A stretch of 62,877 nucleotides of DNA, counting the filler, from Piptocephalis cylindrospora (taxonomy: Eukaryota): assembly GCA_003614145.1 (NCBI GenBank). It is 21 parts of 21 records of this genome, joined end to end, with 100 filler letters (N's around TTAATTAATTAA, not from the genome) between each part and the next. Parts side by side here need not be neighbours in the genome. Positions count along the whole stretch, not along the records: positions 59,988 to 62,877 come from KZ988817.1; 20 more parts are not named here. The stretch is one strand, 5' to 3'. A model generated the notes under the pieces. It was not told the origin of the DNA. It was given only the letters and a program-made list of their open reading frames with translations, and did not search any database. Position numbers and translations under genes: made by a program. Positions within the stretch are counted from its first letter, which is position 1. Each line of letters begins with the position of its first letter. Positions 61,556-62,877 of this stretch are shown one piece after another.

Positions 61556-62877
61556 CCTGTCTACAGGGGTGAGATGAATGTGAAGGAAAGATGGTGAGAC
61601 GTGTATAGTAAGCCTTTAGAGTCTAGCCACTATATATGGTAGTAGTAGTAAACAACGAAATGTTAGCCACTATAAATGGCAAATCCAAGATAGAGATGCC
61701 TTTGCTCAATTTCGATGGTGTTTTCGTTTAGATCTTTTTTCTATAGACTACTTGACAATGATTCTGTCCTCGAAGAAATGACAACACAAACAGTGATTAT
61801 TTTCATCCACCATGAGTTATTACATTGAGAAAACATGCCGACAAGTAAACGAAACATTACTATTTTATTTTCAGTGCAATCAGTATCTTGATTTTTTTTA
61901 CAAGGTTGCCAGGAATTTAATAAGGTGAGGAAGAGATGAACGATAAACGAAACTTGATTAAAAGTATAAAATTGAGCACTCCTAATTTGAATGACCTCCT
62001 GTTCTCTAGGAAGCAATCATTTGTTCCTCGGATTTGTCCTTGCGAGTTATATTGACTACGGAGATGAGTATTTAAGGAAATTTCCAAAGAACTGCCTACG
62101 CTCTCTCAGTCGAATGAAAGCCCCTGGATGGATGATCCATGAGATGGCCTTTTGGTGTAATCGTAACCCAAGGAATAATTTTGGGAGAAGTATCCGTATA
62201 ATCACATATGCAAATCCACTCTGATTTTTCTCGTAGCTACACCTTTTCGCCCACATATAGTATGATTAAATAACTGGACCATGAAAAACTCCTTCCACTG
62301 GATCAAAATAATTATGGCCCGCCTTTATAAAGAAGTTAGGCGCTAGAAAGTGCTTGTCATGATTACATCTTAAGGAAGAAGGTCTCTTTGCAGGATGATA
62401 AGAATGGTGATAAGCCTTTGCTCACTATAAAGTCCAGAGCTTTGACGGCTTAGTGCCAAGATCCGCTGTTGGCCATCCTCATGTCAGGGACACTGTTGTT
62501 GTTTCTGGCTGGATGTTAGAACAAACTCGCTGTTCATATATAGTGATAGTGCTGCAGTTACATGATGTCGGTGTTGGCAGGCGGCCGTGTGTGTCTATAT
62601 CTGCATGTGGACCTCTGTGTGTGTGGGAGAGATTCAAACACAGCTAGGGTCGCCATCCCATCCTCGGCTGGGAAGGGATGGGAGAGACGCCTTCCCTCCC
62701 TTTCCTAGCCATTCCTCTCACTCTCCTTTCTCTCTCTCTCACACATCCTCATCTCATCCTTCCTCCCCTCCCTCCCTCCCTCCCTCCCTCCCATCTCCTC
62801 TTATCACTCTCCTTCCCCAACATGTGGAATCGTGTATGTCTGCTCGCATTGAGCATTCTTCTCCTGTCCGTGCCAAG

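Noticed and set aside
61620..62340. AT-rich block with a short direct repeat (tagccactata-t/a-atgg twice) and an FDPVEGVF peptide reminiscent of a transposase NPIE motif
   Set aside because: No extended frame or supporting DDE context; the resemblance is too short to support a call.

Overview
This window is not one locus. It is 21 unrelated eukaryotic contigs of about 2.8-2.95 kb, mostly in decreasing size order, joined by 20 identical 100-nt spacers (N44-TTAATTAATTAA-N44), so gene neighbourhood across spacers means nothing. Short GT-AG introns, CT-rich leaders and fungal-type housekeeping genes point to a compact, intron-containing fungal genome. An early-diverging, Zoopagomycota-like lineage and a single-cell/MDA assembly are inferred, not shown. 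Recognisable genes, many partial: class-3 lipase, SLA1, PSD2, mitochondrial EF-G, VPS37-like, FIGNL1-like AAA ATPase, TANGO2/NRDE, ERG1 last exon, COG2-like, UTP30/RSL1D1-like, ALG6, truncated VPS74, TFIIA-gamma, BRD7/9-like, RTF1, UCH37, an ABCG transporter, SEC72-like, a polo kinase, CABIN1/HIR3-like, a mitochondrial carrier, a Sel1-repeat protein, GluRS and PSD1. There are also tRNA-Thr(TGT), tRNA-Asn(GTT) and a dead Tc1-like transposase. I found no multi-gene novel system. The best single-gene candidates are an intronless, signal-peptide-bearing pseudokinase (19193-20500), a five-exon SGNH-fold protein with GDD in place of the catalytic GDS (824-1964), several orphan or decayed secreted proteins, and a frameshifted Sel1-repeat gene. 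Two contigs carry exact 55-nt inverted terminal duplications and VPS74 breaks mid-motif; these are best explained as amplification or assembly chimeras. All family calls are from motif recognition by eye; no database search was run.
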